Source: an uncultured Pseudomonadales bacterium (GTDB lineage Bacteria > Patescibacteriota > Microgenomatia > UBA1400 > Chazhemtobacteraceae). From it: a stretch of DNA of 64,000 bases. The notes beneath the pieces are model-generated. The model made no database searches. It was not told where the DNA came from and saw nothing but the letters and a program-made list of their open reading frames with translations. Below are positions 37,146 to 47,371 of this stretch, one piece after another. The stretch covers positions 185,013 through 249,012 of the forward strand of contig CAYQZQ010000001.1 in the NCBI GenBank assembly GCA_964422035.1, in the 5' to 3' direction. The number at the start of each line of letters is the position of its first letter. The stretch's first letter is position 1. Both the position numbers and the translations under genes were made by a program.

Positions 37146-37931
37146 AGCAGCTTTTAGGCGAAGATAGAGGTGATATAAATAAGCAAATGGCAAAGAGCCT
37201 TTGGGTAAGTGCTTGCGAGCAAAAATCCATTGACTCTGAGCCAGTATTTTAAGTTTTTTGTTGCCTAGTTTGTTAGCCGAACTGGAAAGCTGGTGATGAA
37301 TCATTGTGGAGTGACAAGATTGAAGACTAAAACCTTCTTTTTTAGCACGAAGACAAAAGTCAGCATCTTCGTAATAGAGAAAGTAGTTGTCATCTAAAAG
37401 GCCTATTTTTTCAAAGACTTTTGATCTAACAAACAAACTAACTCCACTTAAATAATCAGGTTTTACATCCGGCGGATGAAGTTGAGTTGACTTAATGTGG
37501 GTGTTGTGAGCAAAAAGCCAGTCTACTCTACCCCCATAATCATAATAGGTTTTTTCATTTTGTCTGTATTTGACTACTGGAGAGGTAATGTCGACCGACC
37601 TTTCTATTAGCTGACTAATCAATTGAGGATCTTTGATTATGGTGTCGTTATTAATTAAGAAAACATAGTCTGCTTTGTTCTTCAAAGCTTGTTTTATGCC
37701 TAAGTTGTTTCCTCCAGCGAAGCCTAAATTTTTAGACGAACGGACAATGTTTAGTTTTGGAAAAGCTCCTTGAATTTTTTTTACCACCTGGGACTTGGAG
37801 CCGTTATCTACGAAAATGGTTTCTAAAGAATAGTTGTCTTTATCAATGTTAGAAAGTGATCTTAGGCAGGCAATACTGTCAGAGACGTTGTTGTAGTTGA
37901 CTATTATGATAAATACTTTAGGAAGCTGCAT
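37128..37931 (-). CDS. Family 2 glycosyltransferase
   Basis: IIIVNYNNVSDSIACLRSL...FVDNGS and YEDADFC (DxD). Confidence 0.8.
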   Translation of the reverse strand: MQLPKVFIIIVNYNNVSDSIACLRSLSNIDKDNYSLETIFVDNGSKSQVVKKIQGAFPKLNIVRSSKNLGFAGGNNLGIKQALKNKADYVFLINNDTIIKDPQLISQLIERSVDITSPVVKYRQNEKTYYDYGGRVDWLFAHNTHIKSTQLHPPDVKPDYLSGVSLFVRSKVFEKIGLLDDNYFLYYEDADFCLRAKKEGFSLQSCHSTMIHHQLSSSANKLGNKKLKILAQSQWIFARKHLPKGSLPFAYLYHLYLRLKAALNFKI

Positions 37932-39012
37932 GTTGTAGTGCTTTGTTTACAATTTCTGAAGTTTTTTCCCAAGTGAATTTTTGGGCTTGTTTTACCGATT
38001 GAGATGCTAATTTGTCTAGTTTATCTTGATCTTTGAGTAAGAATTGAAGCTTGTTAGCAAAAACCTTAGTATCTCTAGGAAGCAGCAAGCCTGTTTGATT
38101 ATGAATTATGGTTTCTTTGAAACCACCCTCGTTTACTGCAACAACAGGTGTTGCACATGCCATAGATTCAATGGCAGATAGACCAAATGGTTCTAGATAG
38201 GCAGTAGCTAGGGTAAGTTTTGAAACTTGATATTGCAACCTCATTTGATCTTGACTAAGTGAAGAAAAGGTTTGTATATTTACATCATTTTTACTGGCCA
38301 GTTTTTCAAGATAGCTGTAGTCACTTGGTCTGGGTCCGGCAATTATAAGTTTGGGCCTTAGTTTTTTGGTCACTTTTCCAAGAGTCTCAATTGCAAAGGA
38401 TAATCCCTTTTGTGGTTCAGCATTACCAACTATAAAAACCTGATTAGTTCTTTTTTTGTTTGAAGGATAAAACCTATCCAAGTTAACCCCGAGATGGGCT
38501 GGTATGGCCGAAACCCCATAAGCCCTTAAAATTGACTCTGCTCCGAAAGCTGAATTTGAAATTATCTGATTGGCTTTTTGAGCGTTGTTAATCTCTATTT
38601 TCTTTTTGACCAATCTTACTGATCGTTCATAGATTTGATTGATTAAGGGCCAAGAATCGTCTATCTCTAGAAATTGCTCAAAAAAAGCTCTGGTGGGCTC
38701 TTGACACAAGAAGATTGTAGGAGTTTTGAGATATCGCAGCACCCAAGGAGCTTGGATGTGAGAATCGTGGGTGACAATACAAGCATCAAAAGATTGGCTG
38801 TCAATCTTTTGAGCAACCAATTTAGATTGTTTCCTTGCTTTTACTAAACTATTGAAGTCTTGTCTTAGTCGTTGAAAAAGATGACTATCTTCTTTGCTTG
38901 GCGGTAAAGTAAAATTTGAAATTTGATGACTCTCTCCCAACTTTGAAAGAATAGAATTGGTAGCCACCCTGGCTCCTCCGTTGGGAAGCTGAGAATATAC
39001 AGCAATTTTCAT
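37918..39012 (-). CDS. Family 4 (GT-B) glycosyltransferase
   Basis: EPFGLSAIESMACATPVVAVNEGG C-terminal GT4 motif. Confidence 0.8.
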   Translation of the reverse strand: MKIAVYSQLPNGGARVATNSILSKLGESHQISNFTLPPSKEDSHLFQRLRQDFNSLVKARKQSKLVAQKIDSQSFDACIVTHDSHIQAPWVLRYLKTPTIFLCQEPTRAFFEQFLEIDDSWPLINQIYERSVRLVKKKIEINNAQKANQIISNSAFGAESILRAYGVSAIPAHLGVNLDRFYPSNKKRTNQVFIVGNAEPQKGLSFAIETLGKVTKKLRPKLIIAGPRPSDYSYLEKLASKNDVNIQTFSSLSQDQMRLQYQVSKLTLATAYLEPFGLSAIESMACATPVVAVNEGGFKETIIHNQTGLLLPRDTKVFANKLQFLLKDQDKLDKLASQSVKQAQKFTWEKTSEIVNKALQHAAS

Positions 39013-39013
39013 T

Positions 39014-40318
39014 TTAAGAATTATTTATTTTTGCCTGAAATTTGTTAAAAGCTATAGAAAAGGTAAATAAAAATATGGGAACCGTGATTATGCTGGAAAT
39101 AACAAGAGCATAAGCCGGCCCAGTGGCCCCCAGAATAGGTGTTAAGTAGATAATTACACCGATGGTAATAACAGTGGTTAAAACAGCAAAGATCGATGGT
39201 ATGTGCGGCTTGTTGATGCTGTTTAATACAGCACCAGGTATTGGCGTTAGAGTTGTGATTAAAAAGTACCAACTTAGAATTTTCAGCACCTCAAAGGCTT
39301 GAGCGGCAAACTGAGGATCATTTAACCACCAAACTAATACCGGCTCTCCCCATCTGTGTACCAGAAAGACTTGAATTGCACCCAATAATAAAATTAAGCT
39401 CTCTAGTCCTAGGATGAGTTTTTTTAGCTTGGGAAGTCTTTCTTTGGTAGAAAGAGACGTACTCATTGGGAAAAATGCTAATGTAGCTTGAGAAATTGCT
39501 CCTGAAGCATTTACGATTATTTGGTGAGGTACCGTAAAAATTGAAACGGCACCAGCAGATAAGAAATCGCCTATTGCATATCTAGAGAACTGATTTTGCA
39601 ACTGGTTAGATAAGTTGCCAATAAAGTGCTTTACACCAAAATTTAAAAGAGACTTTGAGGAATCTCTGTAAAATTTGGGAGAAAGAGGGTTATTTTTAAA
39701 GTAACGATACGAATAAATCAAAAGTAAAATAAGTAAAATAAAATACATACTTAATCGAAGTAAAAATATGGCTTGAATGTTGGGAAAAAATTGGACCAAT
39801 AGAGCAGGAAGTATGGTGTTTCCAGAACCGACGATTAAAGGATATAAGTTGTAAGTAAAAAAGTTTTGCCTTGCTTGAGGTAAAGATAAGCCGTGAATTA
39901 CTAGATAATTTAAAAAGACAATAAGTGAAACCAATAGTGATGTCCTAACAAGTCCTGCCTGGCTTAATGGGTCAAGAGCTTTGATATTAGTCAAAAACAG
40001 GATGCTAATTAGAAAGAAAACGGCAGACATTATTACGGCGTTAATTAAAAATAAAAACAAGGAAGATTGCCAGATCTTAAATTTTTGGCTTTTAGTTATT
40101 TTTGGTAAAGAAAGGCGACGAATGGTGGCCGTTGAAAGACCAAAATCAGCGGACACTGCTAGTGGTATTAAGCCAGAGAAAAGCAGGTATACTCCAAAAC
40201 TGTCAGGGCCTAATTTGGAGAGCAGAATTGGCACTGAAACTATACTGCCAATAGCAACATAGATGTATCCGACTAAATTAAGAGTAGTGTTTTTAACTAA
40301 AGTTCTCTTTAAACTCAT
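39014..40318 (-). CDS. Polysaccharide flippase (Wzx/MOP superfamily)
   Basis: 434 aa with about 12-14 TM helices and a polysaccharide-transporter-like N-terminus (TLVKNTTLNLVGYIYVAIGS). Confidence 0.65.
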   Translation of the reverse strand: MSLKRTLVKNTTLNLVGYIYVAIGSIVSVPILLSKLGPDSFGVYLLFSGLIPLAVSADFGLSTATIRRLSLPKITKSQKFKIWQSSLFLFLINAVIMSAVFFLISILFLTNIKALDPLSQAGLVRTSLLVSLIVFLNYLVIHGLSLPQARQNFFTYNLYPLIVGSGNTILPALLVQFFPNIQAIFLLRLSMYFILLILLLIYSYRYFKNNPLSPKFYRDSSKSLLNFGVKHFIGNLSNQLQNQFSRYAIGDFLSAGAVSIFTVPHQIIVNASGAISQATLAFFPMSTSLSTKERLPKLKKLILGLESLILLLGAIQVFLVHRWGEPVLVWWLNDPQFAAQAFEVLKILSWYFLITTLTPIPGAVLNSINKPHIPSIFAVLTTVITIGVIIYLTPILGATGPAYALVISSIITVPIFLFTFSIAFNKFQAKINNS

Positions 40319-41415
40319 GACTTTATTTTATGATACAGGTGATTAATCTTTCTAGCTATTTTTTTATGATCAAAGTGGGTCTGCGCCCTCTTTCTGGACT
40401 TTTTGCCCATTTTTTTTCTAAGTTGTGTATTTTCAACCAATTTCTTCAGTTGTCGATATGTATCTGCCACATCAGATTGCTCTACATATAGAGCTTCAGA
40501 GCCGCAAACTTCTGGTATAGCTCCAGATCTGGTGGTTATTATTGGTAAGCCTGATGCCATAGCTTCTACCAAAACCATGCCGTATTGCTCTTGCCAAGTC
40601 TTGGTAGACTTACTCAATAGGCAAAAAATGTCAGCTTTCTGATATTCCTGATTGATCTGACTATAGCTAACTGACTTAATTTCAACTCCTGATTGCCTTA
40701 CTACTTTTGACATGGAGCCAGAACCGATAATTGTGAGCTCCACCTTAGAAGTCTCATTTTTTAATCTTAAGAATGCTTGAAGTAACTCATTTACGCCTTT
40801 TTCAGTCTCTAATCTGCCAACAAATAGTACTCGAGTAATGTTGTTACTCGACTTTTTGTGTACAGGTGAAAACCTGTGTAAATCAACTCCCATGGGGATT
40901 ACAGATATTCTATCCTCACTCACCCCTTCTTTTATCAATGCCTTTTTTGCCATATTTGTTACGGTTATATAATGATCAATGTGCTTGTATGAAAGTTCTT
41001 TGATTTTCTTTCTCCCTTTTAATGTTTCATTATTGTGAGGGATTATCTCCCACACCGTGCTTATAATTTTGTCTATCTTACCCAGTTTTTTGGCATTTAT
41101 GACTTGTCTGTTGTAGTTGTAGTATGTTTCCGCAACATGAACAATGTCAGACCCTTCTATTACACTTGATAAACCAAGCAGATAGTGAGCATCTCCAAAT
41201 ACTCTATTCAAAACAGGATATTTATGTGGAAAGTTTGGAAGATCAGTCGGTGACCATAGTTTTACTAGAGGAAGCTTGATGTTTTCATTAATAGGATTCT
41301 GAGAAGATATTGCCTGAATCTTGTGCTTTTTCTTTAGTGAGTTATAGTTTTGTAGCTCAAAAGGATTTAAGAAAGCCCCTCGGATTATGCTAATTTTCAT
41401 CGATTTTTTTTTCAA
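40315..41415 (-). CDS. Family 4 glycosyltransferase
   Basis: VLFVGRLETEKGV...EAMASGLPIITTRSGAIPEV. The start could be at MKISII (41400). Confidence 0.8.
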   Translation of the reverse strand: MKKKSMKISIIRGAFLNPFELQNYNSLKKKHKIQAISSQNPINENIKLPLVKLWSPTDLPNFPHKYPVLNRVFGDAHYLLGLSSVIEGSDIVHVAETYYNYNRQVINAKKLGKIDKIISTVWEIIPHNNETLKGRKKIKELSYKHIDHYITVTNMAKKALIKEGVSEDRISVIPMGVDLHRFSPVHKKSSNNITRVLFVGRLETEKGVNELLQAFLRLKNETSKVELTIIGSGSMSKVVRQSGVEIKSVSYSQINQEYQKADIFCLLSKSTKTWQEQYGMVLVEAMASGLPIITTRSGAIPEVCGSEALYVEQSDVADTYRQLKKLVENTQLRKKMGKKSRKRAQTHFDHKKIARKINHLYHKIKS

Positions 41416-42502
41416 TTAATTTAAAGAAGTCTTGCCATGTCCACTTGTTCTGTATTTTTTTAATTCCTTTTTTTCCAAGTTTCTCATACATATTAATTGC
41501 TTTTATTGTCTTATTTTTGAACTCATTTAGGTCTCTCCCCGTCAAAAAGCCTGTACATCCATCATAAACATTTTCTTTTAAACCCCCTTCATTCACTGCC
41601 ACAACTGGAAGGCCTGTTGCTTGTGCCTCAATTGAGATTAGTCCAAAAGGCTCGTGATAGGCGCCTATACAAAGCACCTTGGACTCATTGTAGAAATTTA
41701 TAATCTCATTTTCTGACACATGACCACAAACATCCATGTATTTACTTTTATTTCCCAATATTTTGCGTAACTTTTTCTCGTATTCGACGTCTCCACCCCC
41801 TATAATTATGAGTCTGTATTTTCCTAAAATGGGTTTAAGAGCTTCTACTACGAATTCGTGGCCTTTTAGCTTTTTTAGCCCACCTATTGAGAGTATTTGG
41901 TCTTTCCTGTCCTTATTAAGTGGTTTAAACTTTGTGATATCTACACCCGGATATGCGACCTTTGATTCCTTTTGGTATATTTCAAAGATTCTTTTTTTAG
42001 AATAGTTAGAATTTGCAATTATTGTTTTAGCTGATTCGACATTTTTCTTGTCAATGTACTTCAAAGGATATCTAAATATATTAGCGACTTTACTTTTTAT
42101 TTTTGGGGCATGCAAGTGAAAGTTTTCATAAAACTCTCGTGGAGGTTCATGTAATAGATACATGTGACCTATCTTTAGATAGCGCAACAAATAAGGTGAT
42201 TTTGTAAAATAATCATGGGAGATAATTGCAAAGTCATATTTGTTAATTTCATCAGCCATTCTTTTGTGTACTTCAGGGAGTTTGAGCGCAATCCACGCTA
42301 GTCCTTTAAAAAAACCATTCCAAGGCTTGACTTTATAACGAATCTCTTTATTTTTTGAAATTTTATTTTGCCAATTTTTCTCGCCCTTTACGCTTAATGA
42401 GAAGGTCTGTACTGTATGCTTTTTCGAAAGGTGCTCTTCAAGTTGAGCGATCACTCTATACCCACCGCCTCCGGGAATATTGTGAAAGATAGCGATTCTC
42501 AT
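41390..42502 (-). CDS. Family 4 glycosyltransferase
   Basis: EPFGLISIEAQATGLPVVAVNEGGLKENV. Confidence 0.8.
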   Translation of the reverse strand: MRIAIFHNIPGGGGYRVIAQLEEHLSKKHTVQTFSLSVKGEKNWQNKISKNKEIRYKVKPWNGFFKGLAWIALKLPEVHKRMADEINKYDFAIISHDYFTKSPYLLRYLKIGHMYLLHEPPREFYENFHLHAPKIKSKVANIFRYPLKYIDKKNVESAKTIIANSNYSKKRIFEIYQKESKVAYPGVDITKFKPLNKDRKDQILSIGGLKKLKGHEFVVEALKPILGKYRLIIIGGGDVEYEKKLRKILGNKSKYMDVCGHVSENEIINFYNESKVLCIGAYHEPFGLISIEAQATGLPVVAVNEGGLKENVYDGCTGFLTGRDLNEFKNKTIKAINMYEKLGKKGIKKIQNKWTWQDFFKLIEKKIDEN

Positions 42503-42547
42503 ATGTTTTGTTGACTAAATATTTAAACCGGTGTTAACTTATTTTAA

Positions 42548-45061
42548 GTGAAAAGAATAATAAATGGATTATTTCTTTTTTTGTTTAAAATAGTGATAAT
42601 CTTACTGCCTCTACTTTACCACTCCAAAATATACGCTTTCTCGGAAAATTTTAATGGCTCTTATGATAATCCCGATATGTGGACAGAGGCACCAAATGAT
42701 GGAGCTATAAAATTTACTCAAGAAACCATATCATTAGAAAGCAATAAGAATTCAATTAACTCATTTCCCTATTTGTACCTTAATGACAATTCTATCTTTG
42801 GGGAAATATTGCCTATAGAAATTGAAATTCGCTTTAGATATACAGAACTTGGTGATTTTGGTGGTGGTATTTTTATCTCAGATGGAATTGTGCTTTCAAA
42901 GAGTGAGAGGAGAGAGAAAGCTCTTTTTCAAGTTTGGCAAGATGCTGCAAATTATAAACTATCTCTAATCTCTCATTTGTGTCACGAAAATGAGCCTGGC
43001 TGTGATGAAAGATCAGTATTTTATACAGCGGATGACTATAATACAGAATCTCATGTATTGAAAGTAGTATATTCAGCAGACAATAAATATAGAGCTTACC
43101 TTGATGATTTTGGCCAACCATTGTTTATTTCTAGTCAAACTTATCGTTTTCCAAAAGGATTAGATTTTGGAAATGTTTCAACGACTGAATCTCAAAATCT
43201 TTGGTCTGATATTGAAGTTGACTATGTCCGCATTAACGAAACTCCATCGAATGAATTAACACCAGTGCTAATTATTCCCGGACTAGGAGCTTCATGGAAC
43301 TATAACGCTATCCTAAATAATACTGAGAGCAGTAATTGGTTTTTGCCTGAATGGATAAATGTTTATGACAATCTCATTAATACCTTTGAAGATGCAGGGT
43401 ATACCAAGAATGAAGACTTGTTCGTTTATACCTATGATTGGCGCAAGAAATTAAACGAGCTGGGAATCGACCTGAATAACTATCTTAATAACTTAGTTAA
43501 CTCAGGAAAAGTGAAAGATGATGAAAAAATTAATGTTATTGGTCACAGTTATGGCGGTTTGGTAGGACGATCATATTTACATCAATTTGGGAGCGATACT
43601 GCGAGCAAACTAATCACATTAGGATCCCCTCACGAAGGATCTGCTTTATCTTATGGTGCTTGGGAGGGCGCCCAACTTTGGGGACGGCCTTGGTGGCAGA
43701 AGGTAGCTTTAGAAGTACTGCTTGAACTTAATCGTGCTCCAGGAGAGACAAAAGTTGAGGCAATTCAAAGAATGTCACCTTCCCTAAAAGACTTGCTGCC
43801 CGTATATCAAGATTATTTATATGATACTCAAGCAGAAGGGTGGAAAGATGTTGCAAGCTTATATCAGCAGAACTTAACATTGCATAACTGGAAAGGTAGA
43901 GTTGGGGATGTCGACAATAAAATTACTGCACTTGGTGGAGTTAATAAGCAAACTCTAGAAACAATTGACGTAGTAGAGAGAAATTGGATTAATAGAGCCT
44001 TAGATCAATGGGAAGACGGCAAGCCAAAAAATTTAAATTACAGCTCACAAGGTGACGGAGTTGTTTTAGCATTGAGTGCATTTAGCAGTTTGGGTAATTT
44101 TTCAACCATAGAAAGTGATCATGTGGACTTGGTGAGCAATAACCAAGGATTGGACATGATCTTGGAGACAATTGGATTAGGGCCACAGGCAATTAACAGC
44201 TCTTCAGTTGATAAAAGTGAAGAGGTATTAATAGTTTTATTAGAATCTCCTGGTAAGCTTCGACTAATAGATTCACAGGGCAAGGTTCTAGATGAAAACA
44301 CTTCTGAATTTGATGGCTATGTTGTTAGTGATCCCAAGATGATTATTGTTCCTTCTCCATCTCTTGGTAATTATCGGATAAAGATTATTGAAGAAGGTGA
44401 GGTAGGGCAATATCATTTGCATGTGGGAATACTCAAGAGCCTAAATACTGAATGGCTAAGTTTTATGGGGAATTTGAAATCAAGCGAGGTTGATCAATTC
44501 AATATAGAGCTGGATGAAGGGGGAATCGAGGCTGCCAGCAGCGCGGCTTATGACTACAAAGAAGTTATTGATGAGTTACTAGTTCAAATTGATAGCTTAA
44601 TGAACTCATGGCAAGAGAGAAATGGTCAACGAGCCGAGATATTTTATGCGTCAGCTAAAAACAATATTCGCTCGGCCTACGAAGAGGCCGATGACGATGA
44701 AGTTCTATTGTTGCTTAACAGATCGCGATATTTATTAAATCAATTAAGCCGTCAGGCCGAAAGCTCTGAAAAATATCAGGTTGCTGAAATCACAGAAGAG
44801 CTTCTTTCTAAAATCGATGATTGGAGTTATCAATTTGGTGAGTCTGAAGAAAGTGAAACAGAAAAAATTAAGCTTGTTTTAGAAAGGGTAATTAATTATA
44901 AAGAAAATGAACTGTCTATAAATTATGATAAAAATAAAGCTTTGAGTTTTATTAAAGCTAGCCTATTAAAAGAAAAGGGTGATGATTTGTTTATTAACCA
45001 AGAATGGGGACAAGCTAGAGAAACCTATTTATCTGCTTGGTTTTGGCTGATAAAGTCCTGA
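42548..45061 (+). CDS. Secreted multidomain protein: ConA-like lectin/glucanase-type domain, class-2 lipase-like alpha/beta hydrolase, beta-sandwich, and helical C-terminus
   Basis: Signal/TM. VLIIPGLGASWNY...INVIGHSYGGLVGRSYL...GSPHEGS has the nucleophile elbow GHSYG, as in Bacillus LipA-type lipases. The C-terminus is a helical repeat of about 270 aa. Confidence 0.55.
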   Translation: MKRIINGLFLFLFKIVIILLPLLYHSKIYAFSENFNGSYDNPDMWTEAPNDGAIKFTQETISLESNKNSINSFPYLYLNDNSIFGEILPIEIEIRFRYTELGDFGGGIFISDGIVLSKSERREKALFQVWQDAANYKLSLISHLCHENEPGCDERSVFYTADDYNTESHVLKVVYSADNKYRAYLDDFGQPLFISSQTYRFPKGLDFGNVSTTESQNLWSDIEVDYVRINETPSNELTPVLIIPGLGASWNYNAILNNTESSNWFLPEWINVYDNLINTFEDAGYTKNEDLFVYTYDWRKKLNELGIDLNNYLNNLVNSGKVKDDEKINVIGHSYGGLVGRSYLHQFGSDTASKLITLGSPHEGSALSYGAWEGAQLWGRPWWQKVALEVLLELNRAPGETKVEAIQRMSPSLKDLLPVYQDYLYDTQAEGWKDVASLYQQNLTLHNWKGRVGDVDNKITALGGVNKQTLETIDVVERNWINRALDQWEDGKPKNLNYSSQGDGVVLALSAFSSLGNFSTIESDHVDLVSNNQGLDMILETIGLGPQAINSSSVDKSEEVLIVLLESPGKLRLIDSQGKVLDENTSEFDGYVVSDPKMIIVPSPSLGNYRIKIIEEGEVGQYHLHVGILKSLNTEWLSFMGNLKSSEVDQFNIELDEGGIEAASSAAYDYKEVIDELLVQIDSLMNSWQERNGQRAEIFYASAKNNIRSAYEEADDDEVLLLLNRSRYLLNQLSRQAESSEKYQVAEITEELLSKIDDWSYQFGESEESETEKIKLVLERVINYKENELSINYDKNKALSFIKASLLKEKGDDLFINQEWGQARETYLSAWFWLIKS

Positions 45062-45101
45062 CGTTTTCTAAATTTAAGCATTTCTGTTACAATTCGCTCA
45101 A

Positions 45102-45530
45102 ATGAAGGACAGGTTGGAAAGAGCCAGAAAGCCAGTTATAGACTCTTTTGGAGAGAAGTTACGTGAGCATATTAGATCATTCAAGTTTAAAGTTGAGTTA
45201 GGTGAGGATGATTCTCTAAAAGCTCTGGGAGAAGAGTTGCAAAGAATTAAAGAAGATGAAATTGAAGTTGAAGGAAAGGTTTCGCCTGGTAAGTTTGTAC
45301 TACTTAAGGATTTAAAGTTTGACGAAAAAATATGGTTTATGCCTTTAGACTTAGAAAACGCAGGTGGCTTTATAGCAGTTGTGGGAGAAGAAGAAGTTTG
45401 GGCTGTATCTAGAAAGTCAAGTATGGGCGGCAAGCTGTTTAATCAATACAAGAACCTTAAGACAGGAGATGAGTTTAGTTATTCTACTGAAGCCGGTGAG
45501 TTAAGTTGGAAAGTTATGGCAGTAATTTAG
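45102..45530 (+). CDS. Hypothetical cytoplasmic protein (142 aa)
   Basis: Balanced charged composition. Preferred over the Ser-rich antisense ORF 45098-45433. No recognised motif. Confidence 0.4.
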   Translation: MKDRLERARKPVIDSFGEKLREHIRSFKFKVELGEDDSLKALGEELQRIKEDEIEVEGKVSPGKFVLLKDLKFDEKIWFMPLDLENAGGFIAVVGEEEVWAVSRKSSMGGKLFNQYKNLKTGDEFSYSTEAGELSWKVMAVI

Positions 45531-45606
45531 TGGTGGACGGTGAAGGACTTGAACCTTCGACCTCTGCAATGTGAATGCAGCGCTCTGCCAACTGAGCTAA
45601 CCGTCC
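45531..45606 (-). tRNA. tRNA-Val (anticodon CAC)
   Basis: GGACGGTTAGCTCAGTTGG... with anticodon loop TTCACAT. CCA is encoded. GGTATAAT lies 12 nt upstream. Confidence 0.8.
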
Positions 45607-45702
45607 GTTGCGGCTAATTATACCTTAAGACCTGATAATAATATGCTCTTAGTATTGTAAAATGGAGTTGATAGATTTAGTTAAAGCGAGTAATCTTAAT
45701 AT

Positions 45703-46287
45703 ATGATTAATTTTTTGAAAAAAATCAGCAAGTGGGCAATGGATATTGTCGAGGTGTTTGTCATCTCAATGTCAGTATTTATTATTATTTATCTTTTTTT
45801 AGTTCAACCCCATCAAGTAAAAGGCCAATCAATGCACCCTACTTTTAAAGATGGTGAGTACTTAATGACTGATAAGATTTCATATCGAAGAAGAGACCCA
45901 AAAAGAGGTGAGATAGTAGTCTTTAAATCACCTGTAAATGAGAGTTTTGATTTCATAAAAAGAGTTGTTGCAGGACCAGGAGATACAATTTTAATTAATG
46001 ATGGACTGGTATATTTGAACGGCAGTGAATTAGCAGAGCCCTATATAACTGAGGGGTACAAAACTGAAGGAGGCAGATTTATAAGAGAAGGGGTGGACTA
46101 CACAGTGCCACAAGGAACATGGATAGTAATGGGAGATAATCGCAGTCATTCAAGCGACAGTAGAGAATGGGGGCCTGTTCCTTTTGAAAATTTTGTAGGA
46201 CGTGGTTTTTTAAGATACTGGCCTTTAGATGCAATAAGCTGGATAAACACCCAAAAAGATGTACAGGCGGCACAGAGAACTAAATAA
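45703..46287 (+). CDS. lepB: Signal peptidase I
   Basis: SMHPTF (catalytic Ser), KRVVAGPGDTI (catalytic Lys box), and GDNRSHSSDSREWGPV. Confidence 0.85.
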   Translation: MINFLKKISKWAMDIVEVFVISMSVFIIIYLFLVQPHQVKGQSMHPTFKDGEYLMTDKISYRRRDPKRGEIVVFKSPVNESFDFIKRVVAGPGDTILINDGLVYLNGSELAEPYITEGYKTEGGRFIREGVDYTVPQGTWIVMGDNRSHSSDSREWGPVPFENFVGRGFLRYWPLDAISWINTQKDVQAAQRTK

Positions 46288-46291
46288 GAAA

Positions 46292-47122
46292 CTATTTTAA
46301 ATCAGAGCCGGTAATCCAACGATAGATTTTTTTGACTTGATTTTCTGTTTTTTTAACATCACCTTTTAAGGCTATGTGAATGGCAGTCTCAACTCTTGAT
46401 CGACGAATTTTAACGTCAGCGTTGTCGCCTATTACTTTTTGCAGATCTTGAGCCATCTGATCAATTTGTTCATTAACAGGAGAATCTTTCTTTTCTTCAG
46501 ATTGCTTGCCTCTCCTTTTTTTATTTCTCTTTAGCCTCCTGGCTAACTCTTCGGCTCGGCGAACTGAGCCGTCTTCTTTGAGAATTGTTTTGTAAGCATC
46601 AATCATGGTTGGGGTGTCTTTGATAGCTGACAAAGCTCTGGCATGACCTTCTGTGATCACACCTGAGATGAGGCCGTCTGTTAAAGCGTCTGGGAGTTCT
46701 AGAAGTTTTAAAGTGTTACTTACATAAGCGGGACTTTTACCGATTCTTTTTGATATCTCTTGATTAGTCATGCCAAACTCGTTGATTAATCTCTCAAATG
46801 ATTTTGCTCTCTCAACCGGGTTTAAGTCTTGTCTTTGAACATTTTCAACGATTGCCATCTCAAGCATTCCCTTGGGGTTGGTTTCTTTGATAATGACAGG
46901 AACTTCATCTAGGCCGGCAACTTTGGATGCACGCCATCTTCTTTCACCGGCAATGATTTGATAACCTGCAGGAGTGTGAGCCACAACTAAAGGCTCGATA
47001 ATGCCGTGAATTTTGATGGAGTCTACTAAGTCAGCGAGAGAATCAGGTCTGATGGAACCACGCGGCTGGAGAGGGTTGGGTTGCAGTTGATCTATTGAAA
47101 GTTTTGTAACTTCGTCACTCAT
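46292..47122 (-). CDS. parB: ParB/Spo0J-family partition protein
   Basis: ParB N-domain with IIAGERRWRAS and an HTH segment. The ATG overlaps the rpmA stop (ATGA). Confidence 0.85.
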   Translation of the reverse strand: MSDEVTKLSIDQLQPNPLQPRGSIRPDSLADLVDSIKIHGIIEPLVVAHTPAGYQIIAGERRWRASKVAGLDEVPVIIKETNPKGMLEMAIVENVQRQDLNPVERAKSFERLINEFGMTNQEISKRIGKSPAYVSNTLKLLELPDALTDGLISGVITEGHARALSAIKDTPTMIDAYKTILKEDGSVRRAEELARRLKRNKKRRGKQSEEKKDSPVNEQIDQMAQDLQKVIGDNADVKIRRSRVETAIHIALKGDVKKTENQVKKIYRWITGSDLK

Positions 47123-47370
47123 TGAGAGATAACTGTGATGTATTTACGACCTAGCTTTTGCTTGAAAGAGACTTTTCCTTCGCGAGTAGCAAAAATTGTG
47201 AAATCCTTGCCAATTTTTGTACCATCACCGGGGTGAATCTTGGTGCCTCTCTGGCGAACTAAAATGTTGCCTGGCTGAATGGTTTGACCATCACCTACTT
47301 TAAGACCAAGGCGTTTACCTGGCCTCTGTGAATGCTGTCTGGCTTTACCGGATTGTTTTGACTTTGCCAT
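47119..47370 (-). CDS. rpmA: 50S ribosomal protein L27
   Basis: MAKSKQSGKARQHSQRPGKRLGLKVGDGQ. Confidence 0.9.
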   Translation of the reverse strand: MAKSKQSGKARQHSQRPGKRLGLKVGDGQTIQPGNILVRQRGTKIHPGDGTKIGKDFTIFATREGKVSFKQKLGRKYITVISQ

Positions 47371-47371
47371 G

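Noticed and set aside
45098-45433. 111-aa minus-strand Ser-rich ORF overlapping the 142-aa plus-strand ORF
   Set aside because: It has extreme Ser/Thr/Pro low complexity and no RBS. The plus-strand ORF has balanced composition and ends exactly at the tRNA-Val boundary.
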